Of a stretch of 64,000 bases of DNA, positions 29,119 through 39,489 are shown piece by piece. This DNA is from Candidatus Woesearchaeota archaeon (lineage in GTDB: Archaea > Nanobdellota > Nanobdellia > Woesearchaeales > 0-14-0-80-44-23): the NCBI GenBank assembly GCA_038874135.1, contig JAVZCZ010000001.1:128001-192000 (forward strand). Reading direction: 5' to 3'. The notes under the pieces were generated by a model that did no database searches, was not told where the DNA came from, and was given only the letters and a program-made list of their open reading frames with translations. Positions within the stretch are counted from its first letter, which is position 1. Every line of letters starts with the position of its first letter. A program made the translations under genes and the position numbers.

Positions 29119-31638
29119 TTATCTCTCTATCAGCTCAGGCCCAGGATTCCAGCTGCTATTGTCGTTCAATATTTCTTTTATTATTTCAAAGGTTTCGGGG
29201 TGTACTGAGGGCTGGATCATTGTTGAGTGCAGGTCCCTCTTTATTGCACTGGTGCAGATTCCTCTTATCCGGTAATTTTTCGCGAATGGGAGCACTACAT
29301 TCTCAGCGATTATGACCCCGTCTCCGTCCTTGCCGTAAGTCTCGCACCCAACTGCAGATATCGTGTAGATTCTAGCATGTTTTGGAATGTTCTGAGGCGC
29401 GTTAAGCCTTTTGAGGAATATGCTATCCTTAGTCATGTCTTCGCACTCCTTCTTAGAGCCAAATATCGGGCACAGAGTTACAAGGGCTCCTTCTATACCA
29501 TAATTAGGAGTTCCTATAGTTACCAGCTTGTCCACACTTTCATCTCCGAAAATTGAGATATACTCCCTAGCAACTAAGCCTCCCATTGAGTGCGCGATTA
29601 TCACTACCTTGTCCGAGCCGGTTCTCCTTTTTACTTCTTCTACAATCTCTTTAAGGCGTATCGCATAGTTTTCTATGCTATCAGTTTTTCTAACCTCAAC
29701 TGCCTGCACTCCCAGGTTGTAGTAGGATATGTAGTAGTAGCTTGCCCTCACACTCACGGGATTGGGATTCCTTCCCCACTCGCCCTGGGGAATGTTCTCA
29801 TCCATGTTTATTAAGCCTGCATTTATGTAGCCGAGCTCCTCAAGTTTCTGCTGCATTGCAGAGAAGGAGTTTATTGTAAGCTCAGGAGAGTTTTTTTCAT
29901 AAGACAGGTGGCCGTGCAGCAGTATTATCGGGTATGGTTTTGAAGAGCATTCAGGGGATGGACAGCATCTGGAGCAGGTGTTGTTAGCGCAGCATAGCGG
30001 ATAAGTTTTGGACAGCGTGAGCTGCCAAGGAGTAAAGCTTATATTTAGGTTAGGAGCCCTGGCAATGGACAGGTTTTCTATTGCTAAATAATTTGGGTTT
30101 AACATAGAATTTTGTTGCAGTGATGCGCACTTTATCTTTGAAGCACTTTCAAATTCTGGCGTTGTGATTATCTTTGTGATTTCTGAGATGCCTTCCCAAG
30201 TCCATCCTTCTGGAAGTGAAAAATTTGAAATATTTTCGTAGGTGTAGATGAGTGGTTTAATTGTTTGGTATATTCCAAGTTCATTTGATTCTCTTGTCAT
30301 GTTTTCAAAAGCGTTCCATAAAGCATATTCGGAATATCTGCTGCTGGCATTCAGTACTTCTTCACTTATGTTTTGTGCTGAAATTTTTGATGTGGCGTTC
30401 TGATTGTGCTGTGTTATGAAATCCTGTATTGAGGTTATGTCTAAACATATCTTTTTAATAAGGTCCACTGATGAATTTTCAAATGCCCAGCTAAGTTGCG
30501 AAGGGTTTGATGTTTCGTAACCAAACTGGGAAGCGATTAGGTAGTTGTATCTGGCTTCAACGCTTAGCTTCAAAGCATCTTCTTTGACTGCACTCTGGAA
30601 TTGAGACATAAGTTCAGCGTATCTGCTCATCAGAGCCCACGATGTTAGGTTTAGCTCATTTATTGAAGAGTAATTCTTTCCAGAGATAATTAGGTAGTAT
30701 TCTGCTGATAGGTTTGAAAGCTTTGAAGCTTCTTCCTCAAGCGCGCTCCTGTTGAAAGATTCAGCGTAGGCTTCTATTTGCGGAATATCTTCGGCAAGAG
30801 CTCCCTTGAGAACTTCGGCAGTGTAAACGCTGAAATTGTAAGAGTTGAAGATTGAGCGCGCATATTCTGAGCAGGCTTGAGACTCATTAATGAGGGCTCC
30901 AACTTCCAGGTAAGCCTGCATTGCACTCCCTTCCGCCAAGTCCCAATCGTACGAGTCGTATGCTTTTACTGCTGCCTCAAGCTCTGCCTTTAAATTATCT
31001 GATAGGTTTTTATCGTAAGAAATTCTTTTTTGAAGCTCATTAAGCTCTATGCAATCTGCTGGGAGCACCTGGGTTAAAGAGTGAAGCACTGCTTGTGATT
31101 CTGAGAGTGCTTCATCGCAAGAGTTAATCTGAGCTGAAGCTGTACTCAGTATTGACTCTGTAAGGTTCTTTTTGGAGCTCTGATCATAAGATAATTCGTG
31201 ATTCACAGTTATTATTGCACTCTTAGTTCTAGGAATTCCTTCTGTAGGGCAGAACCACTCCTTAATGTTTGCGCAGCTGAGTTTAAATATAAATATTTCC
31301 TGCCCCTCATAATTCTTATTTATTGAGAGGGAGTATTCTCTCAAGAAAGACTGGGCGGAGATGTTTAACTTAGAGGCATCAATAATCCTGCCCGTGCCGA
31401 CCTCTTTTAAAGAGTACTCGCACTCTGTCCTGCAGAGCACAGGCTTTTTTACATAGTTATTCAAAGCTATTTTAAAGTTCTGACCGTTCTTAACATTTAA
31501 TGAGAGCGCAGTAGGCCTTATTTCCACTATTAAGTCTTCCGTTATGAGTGATTTAATCTTAAAAAAGGATAGTGTAAGAAGTATCAGCACTGCTGTGAGT
31601 ATTAAAACTTTAACTCCCCTAGCAATTTCTATCTTCAT
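29119..31638 (-). CDS. large membrane-anchored extracellular protein with C-terminal alpha/beta hydrolase (lipase/PGAP1-like)
   Basis: N-terminal TM, helical stalk, Cys-rich linker, PIILLHG, AHSMGG, GTPN, DGVI, LHS. Confidence 0.8.
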   Translation of the reverse strand: MKIEIARGVKVLILTAVLILLTLSFFKIKSLITEDLIVEIRPTALSLNVKNGQNFKIALNNYVKKPVLCRTECEYSLKEVGTGRIIDASKLNISAQSFLREYSLSINKNYEGQEIFIFKLSCANIKEWFCPTEGIPRTKSAIITVNHELSYDQSSKKNLTESILSTASAQINSCDEALSESQAVLHSLTQVLPADCIELNELQKRISYDKNLSDNLKAELEAAVKAYDSYDWDLAEGSAMQAYLEVGALINESQACSEYARSIFNSYNFSVYTAEVLKGALAEDIPQIEAYAESFNRSALEEEASKLSNLSAEYYLIISGKNYSSINELNLTSWALMSRYAELMSQFQSAVKEDALKLSVEARYNYLIASQFGYETSNPSQLSWAFENSSVDLIKKICLDITSIQDFITQHNQNATSKISAQNISEEVLNASSRYSEYALWNAFENMTRESNELGIYQTIKPLIYTYENISNFSLPEGWTWEGISEITKIITTPEFESASKIKCASLQQNSMLNPNYLAIENLSIARAPNLNISFTPWQLTLSKTYPLCCANNTCSRCCPSPECSSKPYPIILLHGHLSYEKNSPELTINSFSAMQQKLEELGYINAGLINMDENIPQGEWGRNPNPVSVRASYYYISYYNLGVQAVEVRKTDSIENYAIRLKEIVEEVKRRTGSDKVVIIAHSMGGLVAREYISIFGDESVDKLVTIGTPNYGIEGALVTLCPIFGSKKECEDMTKDSIFLKRLNAPQNIPKHARIYTISAVGCETYGKDGDGVIIAENVVLPFAKNYRIRGICTSAIKRDLHSTMIQPSVHPETFEIIKEILNDNSSWNPGPELIER

Positions 31639-31659
31639 CTTAATTCCCTTCCGAGGATG

Positions 31660-32166
31660 TTATACCTTTTTTAGCAGGAAGATTATGTCTCTGCCTTCAA
31701 CTATCTGTTTTTCAATTGTGAACCTTTTTGAAAGCTCTCTCTTCACAGTGCCCAGTGCTTTTGACCTTATAAGACAGCTCACTACTGCTAAGGATTTTGA
31801 AACCCTCCAAATCTCATGAACCGCTCTTGGGATGTCTGAGAAGTTGTGAATTGCGGTTACAGATATCACATAATCAAAGCTGCAATCCTGAAAGGGAAGC
31901 TGCTCAGCATAACCCCTTACCAGTTTTAAGTTTGGAAGGCGTGGCGCTTTTTCAAGCAGCTTAACGCTCGGATCAACTCCTGTTATGAAACACTTGAATA
32001 CCTCAGCTGAGTAGCACGGTCCGCATCCAACATCCAGAAGAGTTTCTCCCGGCTTGGGACTTATCATGCTTGAGATTATTCTGAACTTTCTGAGCTGCTC
32101 CTCTCTGTGAAGTTCAGGATAAGCTTCTGCAATTATGTCATAGTAGCTTTCAGGCTTTTCAAGCAT
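31660..32166 (-). CDS. class I SAM-dependent methyltransferase
   Basis: LLDVGCG, GVDPS, AEQLPFQDCSFD. Confidence 0.88.
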   Translation of the reverse strand: MLEKPESYYDIIAEAYPELHREEQLRKFRIISSMISPKPGETLLDVGCGPCYSAEVFKCFITGVDPSVKLLEKAPRLPNLKLVRGYAEQLPFQDCSFDYVISVTAIHNFSDIPRAVHEIWRVSKSLAVVSCLIRSKALGTVKRELSKRFTIEKQIVEGRDIIFLLKKV

Positions 32167-32167
32167 T

Positions 32168-32728
32168 TCAGATTGCCCTCCCAAGAAAGAGAATTACGAA
32201 TATTCCTGAAGTGTTCAGAACATAAGAGATTGCTGAGAATGTCCTTCCTGAAACCTCGCTGGCTGAAGCCAGAAGTGCCACGCCAATCTCGTCAGGAAGT
32301 GGAGAAGCTATTATTATTCCCGCAAGGATGGGCACTAAGAACTTTCTCGCCCAGGTCGGAACCCTGCTGATTATGTACTTTATTATCGCTTCATCCTTAA
32401 ACTTTTTAATCTCATCATCCAAAGTGTCTCTAACCAGGTAGAATATCAATAGGTCTCCTATTAGAGAACCCGCCCCTGCTATCAGCCCGGCAATTATGAT
32501 GTTCTGGCTCTTTGAGAGCAGCAGCAAGATTGCGGTAGCAGGAGCTGCTGTAAACCCATATGTGAATCCCATGCCAGCAATAAAAGTTCCGAGATAGCCT
32601 ACGCTCACAATTAAATTATGCACTTGAGGATTCATCCCACCTTTGAAGATTACATAAGCAAGGACGAATGTTAAGAGTAGAAGTGTTAGCTTAGGATATT
32701 TTATCCTAAACCTTATGAATTCGCTCAT
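32168..32728 (-). CDS. conserved hypothetical membrane protein
   Basis: GYLGTFIAG..GFTAAPA, IIASPLPDEIG. Confidence 0.7.
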   Translation of the reverse strand: MSEFIRFRIKYPKLTLLLLTFVLAYVIFKGGMNPQVHNLIVSVGYLGTFIAGMGFTYGFTAAPATAILLLLSKSQNIIIAGLIAGAGSLIGDLLIFYLVRDTLDDEIKKFKDEAIIKYIISRVPTWARKFLVPILAGIIIASPLPDEIGVALLASASEVSGRTFSAISYVLNTSGIFVILFLGRAI

Positions 32729-32807
32729 GAAATTTTAAGTTTATAGTGTTCTTTAAAAATTTTTTTGATTGAAAAGCTTATAAACTTGTGCGGTACACCT
32801 TCAAAGG

Positions 32808-34115
32808 ATGGAACAACCAACATTTTACCTGGAAAGCTACGGGTGTTCTGCCAATACGGCAAATGCAGAGATGATCTCAGGAATTCTGGAAAGTGCTGGA
32901 ATGCTCAGAGTGAGCAGTCCTGAGCACGCCTCTGTTATAATAATAAACACCTGCATAGTTAAGGCTCCAACAGAGCACAAGATGCAGAGGAGAATAAGTG
33001 AGATTTTAGCTCAGTTTCCTGAAAAAAAGCTAATAATTTCCGGCTGCATGCCCGATGCTGAAGGCAAAACTTTGAAGAAGATTGCTCCAAAAGCAATCCT
33101 GCTCGGAAGCCATCATGTGAAAAAGGTTTTAGAAGCTTTAACCAGAGGAAGAAGCTTCACAGGATACTCAGAAGAGGTAAAGCTGGGCCTTCCCAGGCAT
33201 CTTAGCAATCCTGCAATCTGCATAGTGCCGATTTCAGAAGGCTGTCTTGGAAACTGCTCGTACTGCATAGTTAAGCTTGCAAAGGGAAAGCTGCACTCCT
33301 ACCCGGTTAATGAGATTGTTAAAGAGGTAAAAAGTGGCCTCAGGGCTGGAGCGAGGGAGATCTGGATAACCTCGCAGGACAACCCAGCATACGGCAGAGA
33401 TCTAGCTGAGAAGAGTCAGCTTCCAATGCTCTTAGAAGAGGTTACATCAATTAGGGGAAAGTTCTGGGTGAGGGTTGGGATGATGAATCCTGACGGGATA
33501 CTTCCAGTGCTGGACAGCCTGATTTTAAGGTTTAGGTCTGAGAAGGTTTTCAAGTTCATACACATACCAGTCCAGTCGGGGAATGACGAAATTCTTAGAA
33601 GGATGAGACGCCGCTACTCTGTTGAGGACTTTAAGCACATAATTACAGAATTCAGAAGAAAGATTCCCAGGATAACAATATCAACAGACATAATCTGCGG
33701 CTTTCCCGGAGAGACAGAAGAGCAGTTTGAGGATTCCATAAACCTCATCAAGTGGCTTAGACCAGATGTCCTGAACATTTCAAGATTCTGGCCCATGCCG
33801 GGAACTGAAGCTGCTTCAATGAAAAACATTTTGAACGGCAACATCACTAAGCACAGGTCCCAAAAGCTTTCACGCATATTTGAAGGCATAGCCCTGGAAA
33901 AGAACAAGGCAGAGATTGGTTCTGAGTGCCCGGTCCTTGTGGATGAGCACATAAAAGAGAACCTCTATGTTGCGAGAACAGAATTTTACAAGCCAGTGTC
34001 TCTAAGGATTGACCGCAGAATGTTGGGACAGAAGAAAGTGTTGGGCAGCTTTGCAAGGGCCAGGATTACTGGAGCAACTTCTAACTCCCTGATTGGGGAG
34101 CTTGTTGAATATTAA
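32808..34115 (+). CDS. mtaB: tRNA t6A37 methylthiotransferase (MtaB/CDKAL1-like radical SAM)
   Basis: ESYGCSAN, INTC, GCLGNCSYC, HIPVQSG, TDIICGFPGET, C-terminal TRAM. Confidence 0.9.
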   Translation: MEQPTFYLESYGCSANTANAEMISGILESAGMLRVSSPEHASVIIINTCIVKAPTEHKMQRRISEILAQFPEKKLIISGCMPDAEGKTLKKIAPKAILLGSHHVKKVLEALTRGRSFTGYSEEVKLGLPRHLSNPAICIVPISEGCLGNCSYCIVKLAKGKLHSYPVNEIVKEVKSGLRAGAREIWITSQDNPAYGRDLAEKSQLPMLLEEVTSIRGKFWVRVGMMNPDGILPVLDSLILRFRSEKVFKFIHIPVQSGNDEILRRMRRRYSVEDFKHIITEFRRKIPRITISTDIICGFPGETEEQFEDSINLIKWLRPDVLNISRFWPMPGTEAASMKNILNGNITKHRSQKLSRIFEGIALEKNKAEIGSECPVLVDEHIKENLYVARTEFYKPVSLRIDRRMLGQKKVLGSFARARITGATSNSLIGELVEY

Positions 34116-34150
34116 GGATGGAAAGAGAATAGTAAATAAGAATAAGTAAC

Positions 34151-34480
34151 TCAGCTGAAAAGTTCAGCTATCATCTCATCCAGCTGTTTCTCCTCATCGC
34201 TCAGCGTTTTCATGTAGGGGAACAGTGCAACTATCAGGATTAACAGTCCCAACAAGACCATAAGGTTTAGGAAGGACTGGTTTATGTACCTATTCACAAA
34301 CCCTATGACTCCAGCCATTATGAATACGAAGTACATCATTATCCCCATGGCTAGCACCAGGGTTGCCCTGTTCCTTCTAAGCTTTGAAAGTTCAAGCTCA
34401 ATCATTATGGCTTCCTTCTCTGCATCAGAAATCTTACGCATGGCCAATGTTTTTATGCTCCGCCTAATCATTTTCCTCAC
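34151..34480 (-). CDS. small 2TM hypothetical protein
   Basis: Start overlaps the stop of the KaiC-like gene. Confidence 0.6.
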   Translation of the reverse strand: MRKMIRRSIKTLAMRKISDAEKEAIMIELELSKLRRNRATLVLAMGIMMYFVFIMAGVIGFVNRYINQSFLNLMVLLGLLILIVALFPYMKTLSDEEKQLDEMIAELFS

Positions 34481-35220
34481 CTGTACCTCTGCTCCTTTGA
34501 GAGCACAACTATCCCGGTATTTGTTATCTTAAAGGGTATCACGCCCTTCTCGTGATCCGTCCTACGCATCTTTATTATCCTGAGAGCCCTGTCGTTAGCT
34601 CCTCCAAGCCCAGCATAGTAGAGCGAAATCACACTGTCTGAGACGAACTCTTCAACTCCGAATCTTGAAAACGCGCTTCCTGAGTTTAGAGACGGCTCGC
34701 CCACTATCTCAGAAGTCAGCACTGAAGTGCACCTTAGCCTTTTAAGCTGCGCTGCGAATGAGTAGAGCTGCTTTCTCACCTCATACTCGTCCTCAAGTGC
34801 CATCCCGAAAACGCTTGTAGAATCAATCACTACCCTCTGAGCCCTGGTCTTTGTTATCTCCGAGATGAGCTGAGTTTGAAAGTCAGAAAGATCGTAAGGG
34901 TAGAAATAAACAAACTTGACCTTGCCTTCCGATTCATACTTCTCAAAATCCCAGCCGAAAGCCTTGGCATCTTCCTTAAGATCGGTCAAGTCCTCCTCCA
35001 TAGAGATGAAGAGTCCTATCTCGCCGCGCTTGATACCCTCATACAAGAACTGCATTGCAAATATTGTCTTACCAGTGCCTGCTCCTCCAGAAATGAGATT
35101 TACAGAGCCTCTGATGAAGCCGCCGCCCGTAATGGCATCCAGCCCCGGAATTCCCGTGCTCACCCTGGAAGAGTCCTTAGCCATCTTAGAACTAGTTGAA
35201 ACTGCCCTTTGCATTTCCAC
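34477..35220 (-). CDS. KaiC-like RecA-superfamily ATPase
   Basis: STGIPGLD..GG, GGAGTGKT, RVVIDS, GVEEFVSD, KMRRTDH. Confidence 0.9.
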   Translation of the reverse strand: MEMQRAVSTSSKMAKDSSRVSTGIPGLDAITGGGFIRGSVNLISGGAGTGKTIFAMQFLYEGIKRGEIGLFISMEEDLTDLKEDAKAFGWDFEKYESEGKVKFVYFYPYDLSDFQTQLISEITKTRAQRVVIDSTSVFGMALEDEYEVRKQLYSFAAQLKRLRCTSVLTSEIVGEPSLNSGSAFSRFGVEEFVSDSVISLYYAGLGGANDRALRIIKMRRTDHEKGVIPFKITNTGIVVLSKEQRYR

Positions 35221-35270
35221 ACCTCTTTTTTGAATGGCTTGCGCCTCTTACAATTTAATAAAGGCAGTAT

Positions 35271-35702
35271 TTAAATTTTTGCATCTGAGAACAAATCCTT
35301 AATGTGCCTGAGAAGAAAAGCCCTGTCCTGAGGCCAGTTCAGCTTCTCAATAGCTTCAGAAGCCGTTGCCCAGTGCGGGTCCGAATTTTCAGGATCCTTA
35401 GACTTTAAATCTTCCTTCTCACACCTGAAGGCAAACATGTGAATTCTCTTTCTCCTCCCTGAAAAACCGTCAGGCCTAACATATGAGCCGAGCTCTTTAA
35501 CCAGCTTGAGGTCCTTCCTCTCAATGCCTGTTTCCTCCTCAATCTCACGATAGGCCGCTTCCAGAGGGCTTTCACCACTTCTAATATGACCCTTGGGCAG
35601 GGAGAACCTTCCTGAGAGGTTTCTAACCAGGGCTATTCTACCCCTATTTATTATTACTCCACCAGCACTCTCCTCTTCAAACACTTCGCTTGCCATCTTC
35701 AA
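35271..35702 (-). CDS. NUDIX hydrolase
   Basis: LPKGHIRSGESPLEAAYREIEEETG Nudix box. Confidence 0.92.
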   Translation of the reverse strand: MKMASEVFEEESAGGVIINRGRIALVRNLSGRFSLPKGHIRSGESPLEAAYREIEEETGIERKDLKLVKELGSYVRPDGFSGRRKRIHMFAFRCEKEDLKSKDPENSDPHWATASEAIEKLNWPQDRAFLLRHIKDLFSDAKI

Positions 35703-35759
35703 ACTGAATTAGAAAAAGTCCTATTTAAATATTTTATGCCGCGCCTAAAAAGAAGTTTT

Positions 35760-36545
35760 TCAAACTCTCAACTCTTCAAGAATCCTCTTCATCTTCAGAG
35801 AGTCCTGCCAGGTTATGGGACTTTCAGAAATTATGGTAATGCTAACCCCGCTCTTCAAAACTGCTAAGAGCAGCTTACGAATCTCCTCCTCAGACATCAC
35901 CTTATGGTATCTCTCACCCTTAGAAGAGTATTCTATTCCTGAGAAGTGACTGTGAATGTTAGGCATTCCGACTAGCTTCTTAAGAACCTCATCATAATCT
36001 ACACTTCCATTTCTGGCAAGTATGTGAGCGAAGTCAACGCAGAAGGAGCAGCCGGTTTCCCTTCTAAGTCTTAAAAGCTCTTCAAGAGTTCCAAACTGGG
36101 AAGGCTTTCCCGTTGTTTCCGGAGCCAGCTCAGTCCTCCAGCCGTTCTCCTTCAGAGCGTCCTGCATAATATTAATCTCATCTTTAACAATCTCGTAACA
36201 CCGCTCAGCCCCAAGCCTGCCGTAGTATGCAGCGTGAAACACAACTGGCGAGGCTCCCATGAGAGAAGCAAGCTCTGCACTCCTGAGAATGCGCTCCCGA
36301 GAAGCCCTCGCCTTCTGTTTGTCCTCAGAAGCAAGATTTATGAAATATGGAGCGTGCACACTCAACCTGACACCAGTCTGCTTGGCAGCCTCAAAAATTT
36401 TAACAGCAGTCTCCCTCTGCATCTTAATACCGTGAGTGAACTCAACCTCCAAAGCAGAGAGGCCCATCCTCGCAACTGAGAAGACGCCATCCACAGTGGA
36501 AGCCTCAGGACTCCCAGCAGGGCCTAAGAGTATCCTGCCAGTCAT
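35760..36545 (-). CDS. nfo: endonuclease IV-like TIM-barrel protein
   Basis: GPAG, EVEF, HAPYFINL, FHAAYY, PETTGK..FG, DFAH, HFSGI, ESP. Confidence 0.85.
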   Translation of the reverse strand: MTGRILLGPAGSPEASTVDGVFSVARMGLSALEVEFTHGIKMQRETAVKIFEAAKQTGVRLSVHAPYFINLASEDKQKARASRERILRSAELASLMGASPVVFHAAYYGRLGAERCYEIVKDEINIMQDALKENGWRTELAPETTGKPSQFGTLEELLRLRRETGCSFCVDFAHILARNGSVDYDEVLKKLVGMPNIHSHFSGIEYSSKGERYHKVMSEEEIRKLLLAVLKSGVSITIISESPITWQDSLKMKRILEELRV

Positions 36546-37756
36546 AATTCCTCCACACTCACATTTCTCCTAACCAGGTGAGCCCTCGTAAACCCTTCCA
36601 GATAATGCTCAGCCAGCTTTGCCGAGATTATGCTCAGAATCACAACTATGAGGAAAACTGAAAGCATCTCGCGCATTCCGGGCATGGGATAAAATGAGAG
36701 CGCCAGCACAAGAGCCGCAGTAGCAGCCCCCTTCCTAAGCGAGAGCGCCACAAAAAGCTTCTCCCAGAAGTTCAAACCCTTAAGAGTAAGCTCAGCAGAG
36801 AGCAGCCTGACAGCAGCAACTATCAGAAATATTAAGAGAGACCTTAAAAGCAGGGAAATTGAGAATGAAACACTCCAAACTGAAAGCCCTGCAAGCAGAA
36901 AAACAACAAGCCTAATCGGAGTCTCCAGCTGGCTCATAAACTCAACAATGTGACCCTTACCCTTAACATAAACTAAAGAGAATATCAGAGCATAAACCAC
37001 CACGGCAACAATCCCGCTGCTGTTAATCCCCTGAGCAACAAAGTATGAAAGCAAAAGCCCAAGCAGGAGAACAGCAGGCGACAACAGTGGAGAGTACCGC
37101 TTCTTAAGAGCCTTAACAAAGATTATGCCGAAGAGTATAGCGCAGGAAGCCCCAATAGCCAGCTGCTGAAACACAAAAAAGAGATAAGCAGCCAGCCTTC
37201 CAGAATTAACAACACTTCCCAAAATGCTCCTCATCTCCAAAACTAGAAGGGGAAGCAGCATGAGAAATGGAGTGACAAGCACAGACTCACAAGAGAGAAC
37301 AGCAGAAGACAAGCTCCGCTCACGCCTAAAAAGCCTAGTAGCAAACTCCGAAGCGGTCTGAACAGAAAGCACAGAAAAAATCAGAGCAGCAAAAAAGTCA
37401 AAACCGAAAAGCAACACTGAAAAAGAAGAAACCACAAGTAGGCTCAAAACCAGAAAGAGAATGGAAAACCTCAAAACGCCACCCGAAAGGGAATCTCCCT
37501 CGCGAAGCTTAACAAGAAAAGCCGACTGAAAAAGAACCACAATAAAAGAGAGAGTGGCCACCGCCTCAGCAGCCGCCCTAGGAAAACTAACAACGCGAAC
37601 CCCCCCGTAAGAAAGCATAGAAAGAAATATTCCGAAAAGTATGAGAACAACCGCCCTTGGAAACCCCAAACGCCTACCAAGAGAGGCCCCTGCAGCAGCA
37701 GCCAAGCCGACAAGCAGAACACTCAAAACGTAGTAATACTCAATCAGCCAAACCAC
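36542..37756 (-). CDS. cation:proton antiporter (CPA1/NhaP-like, divergent)
   Basis: About 12 TM segments, ES, SGIVAV, RKGA..AAL motifs. Confidence 0.7.
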   Translation of the reverse strand: MVWLIEYYYVLSVLLVGLAAAAGASLGRRLGFPRAVVLILFGIFLSMLSYGGVRVVSFPRAAAEAVATLSFIVVLFQSAFLVKLREGDSLSGGVLRFSILFLVLSLLVVSSFSVLLFGFDFFAALIFSVLSVQTASEFATRLFRRERSLSSAVLSCESVLVTPFLMLLPLLVLEMRSILGSVVNSGRLAAYLFFVFQQLAIGASCAILFGIIFVKALKKRYSPLLSPAVLLLGLLLSYFVAQGINSSGIVAVVVYALIFSLVYVKGKGHIVEFMSQLETPIRLVVFLLAGLSVWSVSFSISLLLRSLLIFLIVAAVRLLSAELTLKGLNFWEKLFVALSLRKGAATAALVLALSFYPMPGMREMLSVFLIVVILSIISAKLAEHYLEGFTRAHLVRRNVSVEEL

Positions 37757-37865
37757 CCCTCTAACTGAAAGTTTCCAAAATCAAAATAAAACTTCAAGTA
37801 TTTAAAAGTATTGCGAAAATAAGAAAAACTTAAAAGCTAACCAAAAAATACTACAACCGGCAAAA

Positions 37866-39488
37866 ATGAGAGCGAAAGACTACTCAACCTGGACAAAAGA
37901 AGAGTTAATAAAAGAATTAGAGAAGTTCAAGAAGCAAAAGAAATACGGCATTGTTTGGGAAGACAAACCTGAACAAGTAGCATTAATGTGCAAGGAAAAG
38001 CTTCCCGTTCTCACAGAAGTCAAGGACAAAGAGATAATCACAGACCCTAACAAGCCAACAAACATACTAATTGAAGGAGACAACTACCACGCTCTTTCCG
38101 TATTGAATTACACCCACAAAGGAAAAATAGATGTCATCTACATTGACCCGCCGTACAATACAGGAAATGAAGGATTTATGTATAATGACAAGATAGTTGA
38201 TAAAGAAGACGCTTATAGACACTCAAAATGGCTCTCATTTATGGAAAAAAGACTTCGCCTGGCCAGAAACCTCTTGAGCGATAAAGGAGTTATCTTTATT
38301 TCTATTGATGATAATGAGGTAGCACAATTAAAGCTTTTATGTGATGAGATTTTTGGAGAGGAGAATTGCATAGGGATATTTGTTTGGAGAAAAAAAGCAG
38401 GAGCAGGAGCAGATTCAAAATTATTGTTTACTCAACACGAATATATCTTATTTTATTCGAAAAATATTAAGAATTTAGATAGATTTTTTGAACCTCTTAC
38501 AGAAAAACAAAAATCCGAATATAAAAATCCAGACAATGACCCACGGGGATTATGGGCTCCTACTGATTTGACTGCTCCTTCTTCGGATACAGATAATTCA
38601 AGATTATATGAGGTTGTGAGTCCAACAGGTAAAAAATGGTTAAGAAGATGGTCCTATACAAAAGAAAATATGAGAAAATTAATAGAACAAAATTTAGTTT
38701 GGTTTGGGAAAGATGGAAATGCGATGCCAAAAAGAAAGAGGTTTCTTTCTGAAAAACAAGGACTGGTTCCAAGGTCGTGGATTGATTTTGTTTTAACATC
38801 TGATGGTAAAAAGGATTTCGAGGATATTTTTGGAAAAGATAATCGATTATTTGAGTATCCCAAACCAACTTTATTAATTAAACATTTAATAAGAATCCCA
38901 AGCAAAAAGAATTCTATTATCCTTGACTTCTTTGCTGGCTCTGGTACCACAGGCCACGCTGTTTTAGAATTAAATAAAGAAGATGGCGGAAATAGGAAGT
39001 TTATTTTATGCACTAACAACGAAAACAACATATGCACAGATGTATGTTATCCGAGAATTGAGAAAGTAATTAAAGGATATAAGAATCTTAAAGGCGAAAA
39101 GGTTGAAGGTTTAGGCGGTAATTTAAAATATTTCAAAACTGACTTTGTAGATGCTAAACCAACAGATAAAAACAAGAAAAAATTAGTTGATGAATCTACA
39201 GAAATGCTTTGCTTGAAGGAAGATTGCTTTGATTTTGTTTTAGAAGGCCGTAACTTTAAGATTTTCAAGAACAACGAAGACAAGTACTTAGGCATAATTT
39301 ACGATGATGACGGAATTGAGCCGTTCAAGAAAGAAGCCAAAAAATTAAATAAGAAGTTTATTGTTTATGTTTTCTCTCTTGATGACAGCGCGCGAGAAGA
39401 AGAATTTGAAGATTTAGAAAATGTTGAGTTAAAGCCAATTCCAGCAGTTATACTTAATGTTTATAAAAGAATTTTTAGAGGGCTTTAA
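37866..39488 (+). CDS. mod: Type III restriction-modification methyltransferase (beta-class N6-adenine)
   Basis: LIEGDN, IYIDPPYNTG, FISIDDNE, YPKP, LDFFAGSGTT. Confidence 0.95.
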   Translation: MRAKDYSTWTKEELIKELEKFKKQKKYGIVWEDKPEQVALMCKEKLPVLTEVKDKEIITDPNKPTNILIEGDNYHALSVLNYTHKGKIDVIYIDPPYNTGNEGFMYNDKIVDKEDAYRHSKWLSFMEKRLRLARNLLSDKGVIFISIDDNEVAQLKLLCDEIFGEENCIGIFVWRKKAGAGADSKLLFTQHEYILFYSKNIKNLDRFFEPLTEKQKSEYKNPDNDPRGLWAPTDLTAPSSDTDNSRLYEVVSPTGKKWLRRWSYTKENMRKLIEQNLVWFGKDGNAMPKRKRFLSEKQGLVPRSWIDFVLTSDGKKDFEDIFGKDNRLFEYPKPTLLIKHLIRIPSKKNSIILDFFAGSGTTGHAVLELNKEDGGNRKFILCTNNENNICTDVCYPRIEKVIKGYKNLKGEKVEGLGGNLKYFKTDFVDAKPTDKNKKKLVDESTEMLCLKEDCFDFVLEGRNFKIFKNNEDKYLGIIYDDDGIEPFKKEAKKLNKKFIVYVFSLDDSAREEEFEDLENVELKPIPAVILNVYKRIFRGL

Positions 39489-39489
39489 T

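Noticed and set aside
37866-39488. Phase-variable simple repeat in mod
   Set aside because: No tandem tract was seen and the reading frame is intact.
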